A stretch of 64,000 nucleotides of DNA, from contig JBJHCF010000003.1 in assembly GCA_050506795.1 (NCBI GenBank), positions 128,001 through 192,000 on the forward strand, written 5' to 3'. The stretch's first letter is position 1; each line of letters opens with the position of its first letter. A program made the position numbers and the translations under genes. The stretch is from Opitutia bacterium (GTDB lineage: Bacteria; Verrucomicrobiota; Verrucomicrobiia; Opitutales; T3Sed10-336). The notes under the pieces are model-generated. The model saw only the letters and a list, made by a program, of their open reading frames with translations. It had not been told where the DNA came from and did not search any database. Below, one piece after another: positions 37,823 to 48,692 of the stretch.

Positions 37823-40339
37823 ATGCCTTCTCCGGAACCTCCCGCCCGATCGCCACATCAATTCGATCTTGCCGCGCTTCCCTGGAAAATGCGCCAGGCA
37901 GGACAGCGCGACTGGCTGCCCGCAACAGTTCCCGGGTGCCTTCATACCGACTTGATCGCTGCGAAGCGCATCTCCGATCCGTTTTACGGGCTCAACGAAC
38001 TTGACCTTCAATGGATCGAAGAGGAGACCTGGGAGTACCGGGTTGGATTCGACTGCTCCGATGAACTGCGCCAAGAGGAATGCGTCGACCTGGTCGCCGA
38101 TGGATTGGATACCGTCGCCCTGGTCACGCTCAATGGAAAAGAGGTCGCCCGCACCGAGAACATGTTCACCGGTTACCGCTGGCCGGTGAAGGCGCTGTTG
38201 AAACCCGCCGGCAACGAACTGGTGGTTCGGTTCGAAAGCGCCATGGATTACATCCGCAACCACCGAACCAATCACCGGCCGAGGGAGATCAATGATCCGG
38301 TCGGTGGCTGCACCAGGATTCGCAAGCAGCAATGCCAGTTCGGTTGGGACTGGGGGCCGCGCTTCGTGACCGCCGGCATCTGGCGGGGCATCCGGCTGGA
38401 GGGCTGGAGCGTCGATCGTCTCGACTCGGTTCGCATCGAACAAAAGCACGGCAAAGACGGAGGTGTCTCTCTGAGGTTAAGTCCCGAACCGGCTCGCGGG
38501 GCCGTCAAGGTGAATTGCCAGTACCGCCTGACGCTGGACGGGGTGATTGTGGCCGAAGGGAAGGGGACGAACGTACGGGTGCCCGAACCTCGTTTGTGGT
38601 GGCCCAACGGGCAGGGCGAGCAGCCGCTTTACCATCTGGAGGTGGACGTCGCCGGGCAGGGTGGACGCCGAATGGGACGGTGGTCGCGGCGCATAGGGCT
38701 CAGGAAGATCGAACTCGACCGCCGCAAGGACAAATGGGGCGAGGCGTTTCAGTTTCGGATTAATGGCCGTCCGGTTTTCGCCAAGGGCGCCAACTGGATT
38801 CCCGCCCATACCTTCGTGGCCGGCTTGGCCCGTAAAGACTACGAACGCGACATCCGGGCCGCCGCCGAAGCGAACATGAACATGATCCGTGTCTGGGGAG
38901 GCGGTATCTACGAAAGCGAAGATTTTTTCGACTTATGCGATGAGCTCGGATTGCTGGTGTGGCAGGACTTTATGTTCGCCTGTACCCTCTATCCGGGCGA
39001 CGCGAGTTTCGTTAAAAGCGTCGAGGCGGAAGCCGAATACCAGGTGCGCCGCCTGCGACACCGGGCGAGCCTCGCCTTGTGGTGCGGCAACAACGAAGTC
39101 TGGCACTGCAACGGACACCAACTGGAAGACCCTAAGTTCAAGCGTTATCGCAAGGCGGCCGAGCGGCTTTTCCACGAGGTCCTTCCGAAGGTGGTCGAGA
39201 GGGAGGATCCGGCGACGCCGTACTGGCCTTCCTCTCCCTGGAGAGGAGACGAATCGCGCGACCATGAGACCGGGACTCAGCGGGGAGACACCCATTTCTG
39301 GGATGTCTGGCACGGGCGGGCGCCGGTCGGCGATTACGAAAAATGGCCGTTCCGCTTCGTATCCGAATTCGGAATGCAAAGCTATTCGTCTCCCGCCACC
39401 AACGCGACCTTTTGCCCCAAAGACAACGACAACATCTTTGGGCCGGTGATGGAAAACCACCAGAAGAACCGGGGTGGCAATCAGGTGATCCTCGACTACG
39501 TGTCCCGGCGCTACCGTTTTCCCAAGTCGCAGGAGGATCTGATCTACCTGTCACAGCTCAATCAAGCCCACTGCATGCAGACCGGCGTCGAGTACTACCG
39601 CCGAAACCGTCCTCGCTGCATGGGCGCCCTCTACTGGCAGCTCAACGACTGCTGGCCGGTGGCCTCCTGGAGCTCAATCGAATTCACGGGGCGCTGGCGG
39701 GTCCTCCACCACCTGGCGCGACGCTTTTTTGCACCCGTGCTGGTGACCGCACAGGTGCAGGGAACCGAAGGGGTCGTCATCGGCAACTACCGCAAGTCGA
39801 CGGTTCATGCGGTGGAACTGTACACCGTAAACGACCGGCCCGAGGTTTGTCCGGCACTGCTGCGGTGGGACGTCATGCATGTCGACGGCCGGCGTCTCGG
39901 CGGTGGAATGAAACGGATCCGGCTGGCGGCCGGCGCCAGCCAGGCCTGGAAAGAACTGGACCTGTCGCGAATCCTGGCCGACCACGGAACGGACAACCTT
40001 TATCTCCGTATCGCACTGGACATCGACGGCGCCCGCGAGAGCGAGGAGACGGTTTTCCTGACCGCCCCGCGATTCGTCGCCCTGCCGAAAGGCAAAACGA
40101 CGACGGAGGTCAAATCCGTCAGCCCGCGCGAGTACGACCTGACCCTCGTCTCAACCGTTTTCCAGCACCGTTTCGCGGTCGACTTCAAAGGTCTTGGTCT
40201 GGCCTTCAAAGCAAGCGACAATTCCTTCGAACTCTATCCCGACGAACCCAAACGGATCCGCTTGCGCTTCGACAGGGACGTGACCGTCACCCGCGTCCGC
40301 CGCGCCCTGATCTGCCGCTCACTGGTCGATACCTATTGA
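37823..40339 (+). CDS. Beta-mannosidase (glycoside hydrolase family 2)
   Basis: ATVPG, FGWDWGP, KGANWIP, NMIRVWGGGIYE, WQDFMFAC, WCGNNE, SEFG, YWQLND. Confidence 0.93.
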   Translation: MPSPEPPARSPHQFDLAALPWKMRQAGQRDWLPATVPGCLHTDLIAAKRISDPFYGLNELDLQWIEEETWEYRVGFDCSDELRQEECVDLVADGLDTVALVTLNGKEVARTENMFTGYRWPVKALLKPAGNELVVRFESAMDYIRNHRTNHRPREINDPVGGCTRIRKQQCQFGWDWGPRFVTAGIWRGIRLEGWSVDRLDSVRIEQKHGKDGGVSLRLSPEPARGAVKVNCQYRLTLDGVIVAEGKGTNVRVPEPRLWWPNGQGEQPLYHLEVDVAGQGGRRMGRWSRRIGLRKIELDRRKDKWGEAFQFRINGRPVFAKGANWIPAHTFVAGLARKDYERDIRAAAEANMNMIRVWGGGIYESEDFFDLCDELGLLVWQDFMFACTLYPGDASFVKSVEAEAEYQVRRLRHRASLALWCGNNEVWHCNGHQLEDPKFKRYRKAAERLFHEVLPKVVEREDPATPYWPSSPWRGDESRDHETGTQRGDTHFWDVWHGRAPVGDYEKWPFRFVSEFGMQSYSSPATNATFCPKDNDNIFGPVMENHQKNRGGNQVILDYVSRRYRFPKSQEDLIYLSQLNQAHCMQTGVEYYRRNRPRCMGALYWQLNDCWPVASWSSIEFTGRWRVLHHLARRFFAPVLVTAQVQGTEGVVIGNYRKSTVHAVELYTVNDRPEVCPALLRWDVMHVDGRRLGGGMKRIRLAAGASQAWKELDLSRILADHGTDNLYLRIALDIDGARESEETVFLTAPRFVALPKGKTTTEVKSVSPREYDLTLVSTVFQHRFAVDFKGLGLAFKASDNSFELYPDEPKRIRLRFDRDVTVTRVRRALICRSLVDTY

Positions 40340-40438
40340 TCGGCGCAAGTCGCTTAGATCGAAATCCCGTCGAGTTTATCCCTTCTGAATTTTGTAGCTT
40401 ACCGGTCTGCCGATAACCACGGGCAATTTCTATCGGCT

Positions 40439-41821
40439 TCATGGCTCTGAAATTCTGATGTTGCTTCCTTCGTTTTCTTCGACCGGGCCGCGGGTGATGA
40501 TCTCGCAGTCCTCGGCCTGGGCGGCGATGATGATCGGCATGGTGGTATTGTTGACGAGCGTCAGGTCGCGGGCCGGACGGCGGCCGTAGGGGGACATGGC
40601 TTCGCCGGCGCCGGGTTGGGAGTAGGCGACCAGGATGGGGATGGGAAGGGTGCGGTTCTGGTCTCCGGCGGGGCGGATGCTCACGCGGTGGCCGGACCCG
40701 TGGATGGTGGCCAAACCATGGACGGTCATACCGGATTCATCGGGCAGGAGTTCCAGTTCAACCGAGGCGTTGTCACCTTCCAGAAAGAGCAGCGGCCCGT
40801 AGCGTGCGTCGCCGCGGCTGTTGATGACCCGGGCGTTACTGGATACCCAGAACCCGCGTTCGCAGCCGATGGCGGCGCTGTTTTCCACATGAACCCCTCC
40901 CTGGGTGCGCAGTTCGAATCCGCCGCGCATGTAGCGGGCGGTGCAGTTGATGAAGGTCAGGTTTTCGGCTTGGGAATAGGTGCGAAAACCGTCCTCGGCC
41001 AGGGACTTCATGTACCCGGGGGTCACGCGATGCTCGCCGTCGCGGTTTCGGTATTCGGAGCGGAACTCCACGTCATAGGCGGGACCCGAGGTTTCGGCCA
41101 GCATATCGTCGGTCGAGCGCATCACGCCCTCAACATAACAATCTTCAAAGTGATGATTGTTGCCGCCCTGGATGAAATACCCGTGCCCGTAGGAGCGCAT
41201 AAAAAGGCGGCATCCGATCAGGGTGGCGCTTTCGCCGGTGATGAGTACGCCGCTGTGTTTGCGGTGATGGATCACCGGGCTGCCGCCTTTGCCGAAGAGG
41301 TCCCCATAGCCGTAGGGAAAGGATCCCTGCACCCAGAAAGCACAATCGCGCAGGGTGTTGCGGTCGCCGGAAATGCGGAGCAGTTCGCCGGCGGCCGAGG
41401 TGCCGTCGCCGATGGTGGTGATATTCAGTCCGATGATTTCATTGTTGTCGCCGGAGACGATGAACTCCGGATTGTGGATAGGCGCGCGCAGCGCCTGCCG
41501 CAGCGCGGTGTCGACTTCGATGGTGACGCCGTTCAGATGGAAGACGTTGTCGCTGCCGCTGAAGCTGATAAATTGCAACTCACCGCGCTCGCGGCGCTCC
41601 GGCATGGTTTCGACCGGCAGGTAGTCGGAAATCGCATACAGTCCGGGTTGCATGATAATCGTATTGCCGCTCTCCCCGGCGTAGCGATCGAGTTCCTCCA
41701 GGCTGGAAATACGAATGGGCTCCTCAGCTTGAATACAGGAAGCGGAGAAGACCATCCCGATAATCAAGGCAAAAGGTGCACGGGATTGTTTGAAGGAACG
41801 AAGTGTGGGTTTTGATTTCAT
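40439..41821 (-). CDS. Exported right-handed beta-helix protein (pectin-lyase-like fold)
   Basis: Signal peptide; repetitive beta-helix pattern (ISFSGSDN, IVSGDNN, RISGDRN); GSFPYGYGDLFGKG. Confidence 0.65.
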   Translation of the reverse strand: MKSKPTLRSFKQSRAPFALIIGMVFSASCIQAEEPIRISSLEELDRYAGESGNTIIMQPGLYAISDYLPVETMPERRERGELQFISFSGSDNVFHLNGVTIEVDTALRQALRAPIHNPEFIVSGDNNEIIGLNITTIGDGTSAAGELLRISGDRNTLRDCAFWVQGSFPYGYGDLFGKGGSPVIHHRKHSGVLITGESATLIGCRLFMRSYGHGYFIQGGNNHHFEDCYVEGVMRSTDDMLAETSGPAYDVEFRSEYRNRDGEHRVTPGYMKSLAEDGFRTYSQAENLTFINCTARYMRGGFELRTQGGVHVENSAAIGCERGFWVSSNARVINSRGDARYGPLLFLEGDNASVELELLPDESGMTVHGLATIHGSGHRVSIRPAGDQNRTLPIPILVAYSQPGAGEAMSPYGRRPARDLTLVNNTTMPIIIAAQAEDCEIITRGPVEENEGSNIRISEP

Positions 41822-41912
41822 TGCATTCTTAGGTTTGGACGTTGTATCGGGAAGAGACTCACACGGAGGTCCGGAGCCACGGCTCCATAGCTATCACCAG
41901 GAAGATTCTCCG

Positions 41913-43793
41913 TCATACTTTCCATTCTCCGTGTCTCCGTGCCTCCGTGTGAGACATTGCTTTTCCCTCGGTGGTTTCGTTTGTTGATCCGGCGCCCTTG
42001 TTGAACTCCGGATCCTTGCGTTTGGAAATCGCGTAGAACCATAATCCCAGTCCGGCAATGGTGCCGCCGCAAAAGAGAAAGGCCGCTCGGCCCCACAGGG
42101 GATTGGGCAGGAGTAGGAGGAGCAGAATAAACCCGCCGTAGGCCATACAGACCATGCTGATGACCCGGTACTGGACGCGGTCTTCCGCCCAACCGGCCAC
42201 GCCCTCGGCTTTCTGGTCGATGGGGGTGTGCATGTCGCGGAAGAACTTCTCGACCTCCTCCCGATACTTCGGGGAGGTTCGTTTCCAAAAGAGCATCGAG
42301 AAAAGAAACCAGCTCAGGCAGACCGTGAAATTGGCGCCGGTGGTGATGGCCAGGCGGAGGTCCCTCACTTCCTCGGGTCCGAGTTCGGCCCCGCCGCGAC
42401 CCTGAACGAGGGCTTGCAGGTTGGGCTCGGCGATCAGGCCGGTAACCCCGAATACAGGGAGGCCGTGCAACACCAGGAACATGCCGAAACCGACCAGCAC
42501 GGTGCTCCAACCCGCCCAGGGAGGGGTGCGTTTGATGAAGATTCCGAAGAACAGCGGCACCGCGGTCGGCAGCCCGACGATGGCCGAAATCAGGAGGATC
42601 AGATCGAAAAGCGGCAGGCTCGGGTACTGGGCAAAGATGAGTCCGACGATGATCTGGGAGGCGCCAAGGAGCAGGGTGAAGACCTTGCCCAGTCCGATCT
42701 GCCGGGCTTCGCTGATATCGGGATTGATCACCTGACGGTAAAAATTCCGCACCAGAATGCCGGCGGCCCGGTTGAGCCCGGTGTCCATGCTGGACATGGT
42801 GGCGGCGAAAATCGCGCACGTGAGCAGTCCCAGCATGCCGGTGGGCAGCACTTCCATGGCCATGACGACGTAGGCGGCTTCGGACGGATTATTGAGGTTC
42901 GGGTACTGCGCGGCCAGGTCGGGGTGGACGATGCTCGCGGCCATGGCGGGGATGATGAACACCGGGGTGATGATCGCGCTGCCGAGGATCGAAATCACAA
43001 TGGCTTTGCGCGCCTCGCGGCCGCTTTTGACGTAAATGAATTTCTGCGCTCCTTCGTTGATGCTGTTGGGCTGTATGGTCTGGGTGATGAGCAGTCCCAA
43101 TACAAAAAGAACCAGGACCCACGGGCGGTTGAATTCGGTCCAGTCCAGGTGGGCGGCCGGGAGTTGCTCCAGCATTCCGGAAAGCCCGCCGACCTGCGGG
43201 TGGACGAGCACCAGCAGCGCCATCACCAAGGTAATGGTGAGAATGGTCATCATCTGCACGTAGTCGCTGGCAATGACCGCCCAGGCGCCGCCGAAGACGG
43301 CCATTACGGTGACCACGACGCCGAGTGTGATGATGACCGTGGGCAGGTCCACGCCGAAGACCACAGACATGAAAATTCCGATGGCGTAAAGCCCGATGCC
43401 TCCGAACAGAATGCCGAACGGAATCGGCATCCAGGTGAAGAACTGCTCGTTGGCCGGACCGAAGCGTTTGCGCACGGCTTCGACGATCGTTATCACCCGC
43501 ATCTGACGAAACCGATGGGCGGTGAAGAAGAACGTGAAAAACAATCCAACGATGTTCGCCCCGATGAGCGTGAAGAAAAACGTTCCCTCGGTGTAGGCTT
43601 TCCCGGCGCCTCCGGTGAAGGTCCACGCGCTGAACGTCATCACCCAGGCCGACGCCCCCACCATCCACCACAACATGCCGCCCCCGGCCCGAAAGTAGTC
43701 GCTCGCCGTTTTACTGAAACGTTTGTAAACCGGCCCAAGCGCCAGGACAAAGGCAAGGTAGGTTCCAATGACCAGGTAGTCGATGAGTGTCAT
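41913..43793 (-). CDS. Sodium:solute symporter family transporter
   Basis: DYFRAGG, FSAWTFTGGAG, AATMSSMDTGLN; many transmembrane segments. Confidence 0.88.
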   Translation of the reverse strand: MTLIDYLVIGTYLAFVLALGPVYKRFSKTASDYFRAGGGMLWWMVGASAWVMTFSAWTFTGGAGKAYTEGTFFFTLIGANIVGLFFTFFFTAHRFRQMRVITIVEAVRKRFGPANEQFFTWMPIPFGILFGGIGLYAIGIFMSVVFGVDLPTVIITLGVVVTVMAVFGGAWAVIASDYVQMMTILTITLVMALLVLVHPQVGGLSGMLEQLPAAHLDWTEFNRPWVLVLFVLGLLITQTIQPNSINEGAQKFIYVKSGREARKAIVISILGSAIITPVFIIPAMAASIVHPDLAAQYPNLNNPSEAAYVVMAMEVLPTGMLGLLTCAIFAATMSSMDTGLNRAAGILVRNFYRQVINPDISEARQIGLGKVFTLLLGASQIIVGLIFAQYPSLPLFDLILLISAIVGLPTAVPLFFGIFIKRTPPWAGWSTVLVGFGMFLVLHGLPVFGVTGLIAEPNLQALVQGRGGAELGPEEVRDLRLAITTGANFTVCLSWFLFSMLFWKRTSPKYREEVEKFFRDMHTPIDQKAEGVAGWAEDRVQYRVISMVCMAYGGFILLLLLLPNPLWGRAAFLFCGGTIAGLGLWFYAISKRKDPEFNKGAGSTNETTEGKAMSHTEARRHGEWKV

Positions 43794-43806
43794 AATAGGA
43801 CCGGGG

Positions 43807-45957
43807 TTATCGCGTTTCCAACAGGATCACGTTTCCCTGAAAGTCGCCGGACAGGTTTAGGCTGAGCGTTTGATCGACAATCGATGCTTTGGGTTCCGTA
43901 AGGGAATCCGCGATACGCCAGGAAGCCGGCGAGGGCGGGAGCGGAATCTCCACTTCGGCCGGCGATTCGGCGAAGGTATGGATCACGACCAGCGCCTGCG
44001 GCCCATTGCTTCCGGTCCGTACCACGGCCTGCCAGCCGCGCGGGTGCCGCCAGCTTTCGCCAATTTGGCCGAAACGACGGCTGCGCCCGTGTTTGATAAC
44101 GGGGACCGCCAAACGGTACAGGCGCTGGGCGTTCAGGACGAGGTCCCATTGCTTCTCGGAAAGCTCGGCGATGCCCCCGGAGAGACACATACGACCCAGG
44201 AAGGTGGCGGCCAGACTGTAGGCCAGGCGCCGCATGCTGTCAGAGCGGTGCAGAACGGCCCAGATCTGGGATTGGCGGGGGAGCATGAGGCGATGCAGGT
44301 TGGCGGCGATGATGGGGATTTCCACCGCTTCGTGGGCGTCGGAGAACGAGGACATGGCGGTGCGTCCGAGCATGGAAGGCTCCAGCCGGTGGCCGCCGGA
44401 GGCGCAGTTTTCGATCACCAGTCCAGGCAGGCGCTCGCGGAGGGCCGTCAGAAACCGGTATCCGGCCAGAACCTGCCGGCGCAGCCCTTCTCCGAGCGAA
44501 TCGGGGTGGTCGGATCCGATGCCGGCGGTCTCGTTGTAATCGATTTTCAGATACCCGAATCCGTCCCGTTCGAGACGATCGATCACTTTTTCGGTGAGGT
44601 AGTCGAAGGCCTTTGGATCGTTCAGGTTGAGGAATCGTCGTTCCCGCACCGTGATCGGCTGCCCGTCGCGTTGCAGGGTGTGCGCGGCCATTTCGCAGAA
44701 GGCGGTGGACTGGGAGCCCAGCGTTTCCATTTCGAACCAGAGTCCGGGAATCATGCCGGCTTCCCGGATGGCCGCCGCGGTTTGGTCGAGGCCGCCGGGA
44801 AAAAGGTCTTCGCCGGGGTTCCAGTCCCCGTGCCCACTGCTCCAATCCGTATTCTTCTCTTTGTACCAGCCCGCGTCGATCACCAAGTAGCGCACCTCGG
44901 ATCCTTTCAGCCGGTTGGCGATGGCGACGATTTTTTCGTGACGCGGATCGCCCCAGGTGGTGCACCATTCATTAAAGACGATGGGCAGGTCGTGTTCGAC
45001 CTCCGGATGCGTTTCCGCAGACCGTTGCTGTACGGCGGTCATTCGGTCGCAAAGGTCGTCAAGGTCGCCGGCGACGCAGGAAATATAGGCGGGGGGAGTG
45101 ATGAGGGATTCGCCCGGCGCCAGGGTTTTCATCCAGTGCCCGAACTCGCGGTCGGCCAGGCCGCCGGACAGGCAGACGTCGTCGTGTTGGCGGAAAACTT
45201 CCATCTGCCAGGAACCCGCCCAGGCGAGTTGCGCGCCCCAGAGGACACCCGCTTCGGTGTCCTCCACGGCCACAAACGGGAACCAGCGTCGCACCGGCAG
45301 GGTGCCGACCTGACCGAAACGCTCGCTGAAAGCTCCGGCCCCGCTCCAGGAACGCTCCAGGTGCAGGCCTTCGATTGATTGGGTGTCCAGGCGTCCCTCC
45401 GCGCTCCAGACGGATCGGAAGCGGTGCACTTTGAGGCGCCCGGGAGCGTCGGCGGAATGGAACGGGGTGATTCCGCCCAGGGAAAAGCTGCTGAGCATTT
45501 CGAGGGTGATCGGGTGGGAGGACCGATTGTGGCAAAGGGTGGAAACCTCGATCGCGGACTCGCCTTCGATCCAGGAGATGCGGTGTTCGAGGTTGATGCC
45601 GGCGGAGTCCTCCAGACGGGTGATCCGGGTGGCGCGGTTGCCTTCGGTCACGGTTTCGTGGGACGCATACCGGAAGCGGTCCACCGATGGGCTGTTGCGC
45701 ATGCTGTGCCCCTGGACAAAGGCGCCCGGATAGGGATCGCCGAGTCGTTTGATTTGCACCAATGAATCGATGCTCGCGGCCGGCGCATCATGGGGTCCCG
45801 GGGTTCCAGGAAGGTGTGGAAGCCCGCCCAGGGTCTTGCGACGAGGCTTCAACGATCCGTTGAGCGCGGAAGGGAAAAGCATCAGCCCCAGAGCTCCGGT
45901 TTCCGGATCGTACGGGAAGCGAACGGTGATGTCGGCAATGCGCAAGTCGGCAATCAT
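43807..45957 (-). CDS. Alpha-galactosidase (glycoside hydrolase family 36)
   Basis: FNEWCTTW, LVIDAGWY, PGLWFE, YLKIDYN, IENCASGG.R. Confidence 0.9.
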   Translation of the reverse strand: MIADLRIADITVRFPYDPETGALGLMLFPSALNGSLKPRRKTLGGLPHLPGTPGPHDAPAASIDSLVQIKRLGDPYPGAFVQGHSMRNSPSVDRFRYASHETVTEGNRATRITRLEDSAGINLEHRISWIEGESAIEVSTLCHNRSSHPITLEMLSSFSLGGITPFHSADAPGRLKVHRFRSVWSAEGRLDTQSIEGLHLERSWSGAGAFSERFGQVGTLPVRRWFPFVAVEDTEAGVLWGAQLAWAGSWQMEVFRQHDDVCLSGGLADREFGHWMKTLAPGESLITPPAYISCVAGDLDDLCDRMTAVQQRSAETHPEVEHDLPIVFNEWCTTWGDPRHEKIVAIANRLKGSEVRYLVIDAGWYKEKNTDWSSGHGDWNPGEDLFPGGLDQTAAAIREAGMIPGLWFEMETLGSQSTAFCEMAAHTLQRDGQPITVRERRFLNLNDPKAFDYLTEKVIDRLERDGFGYLKIDYNETAGIGSDHPDSLGEGLRRQVLAGYRFLTALRERLPGLVIENCASGGHRLEPSMLGRTAMSSFSDAHEAVEIPIIAANLHRLMLPRQSQIWAVLHRSDSMRRLAYSLAATFLGRMCLSGGIAELSEKQWDLVLNAQRLYRLAVPVIKHGRSRRFGQIGESWRHPRGWQAVVRTGSNGPQALVVIHTFAESPAEVEIPLPPSPASWRIADSLTEPKASIVDQTLSLNLSGDFQGNVILLETR

Positions 45958-46090
45958 AAATTGCAAAAGGAATAATGGAAGCCCGAGATGCGCGACGAAA
46001 CCCGTACAGGAGTTTCATTGGAAACTGACCGCGGGAACCGGGGGAATCGGCGACGTCGTCTCCGTAGCGCCGCTCTTCAGACGGCGTCTT

Positions 46091-46149
46091 CCAACCGGCG
46101 GGCAAACTGCCCGCGCCCCAGAACCGGAACCAAGCTTCACCACGAAGGA
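46091..46149 (+). repeat. Imperfect ~59-bp direct repeat, copy 1 (copy 2 at 49269-49328)
   Basis: Identical 28-nt core aaccggaaccaagcttcaccacgaagga at 46122-46149 and 49301-49328. Confidence 0.8.
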
Positions 46150-46635
46150 CACGAAAAGCACGAAGGGTAACGTCGCGGAACCAGGAACCCCGATCTTCGA
46201 ACCAAGAACTCAACCACAGATTTCTCAGATGGACACGGATAAGGGAGAGGGGAGTGTGGCGCCGGTTGATGGTTGCTGGTTGTGGGGGATCTTCCGTAGC
46301 GCCCTGCTTTAGCGGGCGAACCACCGTCGCAAGGAGGCGAGGAGCGCGGAAGTATTGGAGCAGTGGAGCCGGAGCGAGGGGGCGGAATCACTGGGAACGC
46401 GGGCATACCTGCCTGTGGGAATCCAGCAATCTGTGGTCAAAATCTCCGTGACCCCTCACCGGCCCGAGCTTGTCATTTCGACCCAAACTCCAACAATTGG
46501 TGGCAATCCTCCCCCCCTCCCAGGATCGTCGCCCGAGATCCGCCTGAACAGCCGTTTCTTGCCCTGGGCCTTGTGAGGAACGGAAAAATCTTTTTCTTGA
46601 CTTCATTATGTTCCGTGATTTCTGTCCTTACAGAA

Positions 46636-47190
46636 ATGGAGAAAATAGACCTTACGCCCGCGCAGCAGCATTACATCCTTCACTGGGGAGAGATGGGGAC
46701 CCATTGGGGCATCAACCGGACGGTGGCCCAGGTCCATGCTTTGCTTTTCATTTCGCCGGATCCGCTCAATGCTGAACAGATCAGTAACACTCTCCAGGTG
46801 GCGCGGTCGAATGTCAGCAACTCGCTTCGTGAACTGATGGGCTGGGGCATCGTTCGCCGGGTCCATGTCCTCAGTGATCGCCGCGATCACTTCGAGTCGC
46901 TGGAGGATGTTTGGGACATGTTTCGAATCATCCTGAATGAACGCAAGAAACGGGAGATCGACCCCACCCTGGTGATGCTGGAAGAGTGCCTGAAGGAGGC
47001 CCGGAAGGAAAAAGGGGACGGAAGCCGCTATACCGCCAATCGTCTGCAGGACCTTCACGACTTCATGAACATCACCTCCCGATGGTACGGCCAGATCAGC
47101 AAGTGGCCGACCAACTTGCTGGTCCGTTTTCTCAAAACCGGGGACGGTCTGCTCGGACTGTTTCAGAAGAAAAAGAAGGAAACGGAGTAA
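46636..47190 (+). CDS. GbsR/MarR-family transcriptional regulator
   Basis: ILHWGEMG..WGINRTVAQVHALL, VARSNVSNSLREL..WG, ERKKREIDPT. Confidence 0.9.
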   Translation: MEKIDLTPAQQHYILHWGEMGTHWGINRTVAQVHALLFISPDPLNAEQISNTLQVARSNVSNSLRELMGWGIVRRVHVLSDRRDHFESLEDVWDMFRIILNERKKREIDPTLVMLEECLKEARKEKGDGSRYTANRLQDLHDFMNITSRWYGQISKWPTNLLVRFLKTGDGLLGLFQKKKKETE

Positions 47191-47365
47191 CGCCAAACCA
47201 AAGGAAGTCCTATCGGGTTTATCACCGAATTTTATTTCTGTTATTTCTGAAATTCCTGTTATTATGATCACGCAAGACAGGCAACAAGGTGGCGGCCGCC
47301 GGATCTGCGCCGTTCTTTACCGGTGGGTTGCGACAAACCATTATCGCTACGGCGTCGTCTGCGCC

Positions 47366-48241
47366 ATGCGGCGCTCATTTTTTCCGGCCATTTTGGTAAC
47401 GGCGGCCGCCTTCCTGCCGATCGCCGCTTTCGCGACGACTCGTCACCTGGAACCGTGGATCATGATGTGGGCTCTCGCGGTCGGGATCTTTTTCGCCTGC
47501 AAACTCCTGATGCTCGCCCGGCATTTTCGGAACTGGACGGCCTCCTGGAAAATCGTCTCCTACCTGTTCTTTTGGCCGGGAATGGATCCTCGCCCTTTTA
47601 GGGAACGAGCGAAGTCGGCACCGCGTCCGCCGATTCAGGCATGGCTTGCTCCTGCCGCGAAACTTACGGCTGGGATCCTCCTCCTGGGGGCGATCGTGCC
47701 AACGATCGGAGGCGCCCGGCCACTGGCGGCCGCTTGGTTCGGAATGGCCGGGATCGTTCTCGTGTTGCACTTCGGACTGTTTCATCTCCTCACCCTGTTT
47801 TGGCAATTGAGGGGGGTTCCGGTTCGTCCGCTGATGGAGACCCCGTTTCGAGCCACCTCGCTGGCCGATTTCTGGGGCGGCCGCTGGAACCGTCCCTTCA
47901 GCGACCTTTCTCGGGACCTGGTCTATCGTCCGCTCTGGCGGCGGATCGGTCCGGCGTCCTGCACGATGCTCGTCTTCCTGATCTCGGGCCTGGTGCATGA
48001 TCTGGTGATCTCGGCGCCGTCCCGGGGCGGCTATGGCCTGCCGACGCTCTACTTTCTCGTCCAGGGAATCGGACTTCTCGTGGAGCGGTCTGCGGCCGGG
48101 AGGCGGCTTGGTTTCGGTGAAGGGCTTCGGGGGCGGGTTTTTGCCCTGACGGTTTTGGCCGCACCGCTTTTTTGGCTCTTCCATCCGGCCTTCATTGAAC
48201 GGGTCGTTCTTCCATTCCTCAAAACCATCCAAAGCTTATGA
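47366..48241 (+). CDS. MBOAT-family (wax synthase-like) membrane acyltransferase
   Basis: PFRATSLADFWGGRWN, FLISGLVHD; hydrophobic throughout. Confidence 0.8.
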   Translation: MRRSFFPAILVTAAAFLPIAAFATTRHLEPWIMMWALAVGIFFACKLLMLARHFRNWTASWKIVSYLFFWPGMDPRPFRERAKSAPRPPIQAWLAPAAKLTAGILLLGAIVPTIGGARPLAAAWFGMAGIVLVLHFGLFHLLTLFWQLRGVPVRPLMETPFRATSLADFWGGRWNRPFSDLSRDLVYRPLWRRIGPASCTMLVFLISGLVHDLVISAPSRGGYGLPTLYFLVQGIGLLVERSAAGRRLGFGEGLRGRVFALTVLAAPLFWLFHPAFIERVVLPFLKTIQSL

Positions 48242-48657
48242 AACTCGAAATCCTAATCTTACTTGGAGGAGCCCTTCACTTCCTGATCCTGATCGCGAGC
48301 GCGCAGGCTCCGCGACTCCTCGGGTGGAAGGAACATCTCGCCAGCCTTCCGGAGCAACTGCGCCTCCTGTTTTGGGTTTACGGCGGGTTTATCGTGCTGA
48401 CGATCGTTGGCTTTGGCGTTCTCTCGGCCCTGTTCTTCGAAGAGATCGCCGCCGGCTCTCCGCTGGCGCGCGGATTCGCCGCCTTTGTGGCTCTGTTTTG
48501 GGCCGCCCGGCTCGGCGTGCAGTTCTGGATCTTCGATGCCAAAGCAATGCTCACGCGGCCGATTCACCGGTTTGGATACCACCTTTTAACGATTCTCTTC
48601 GTCCTCATCGTTCTGATCTATGCGTCAGCGGCACTTCAACTGGAGCCCTTCGGGTGA
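48238..48657 (+). CDS. Hypothetical four-helix membrane protein
   Basis: ATGA coupling with the MBOAT gene; four hydrophobic segments; FWAARL motif. Confidence 0.75.
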   Translation: MKLEILILLGGALHFLILIASAQAPRLLGWKEHLASLPEQLRLLFWVYGGFIVLTIVGFGVLSALFFEEIAAGSPLARGFAAFVALFWAARLGVQFWIFDAKAMLTRPIHRFGYHLLTILFVLIVLIYASAALQLEPFG

Positions 48658-48692
48658 CGCGACCTGTTGTCCTTTGCCAACCGTATAATGAA

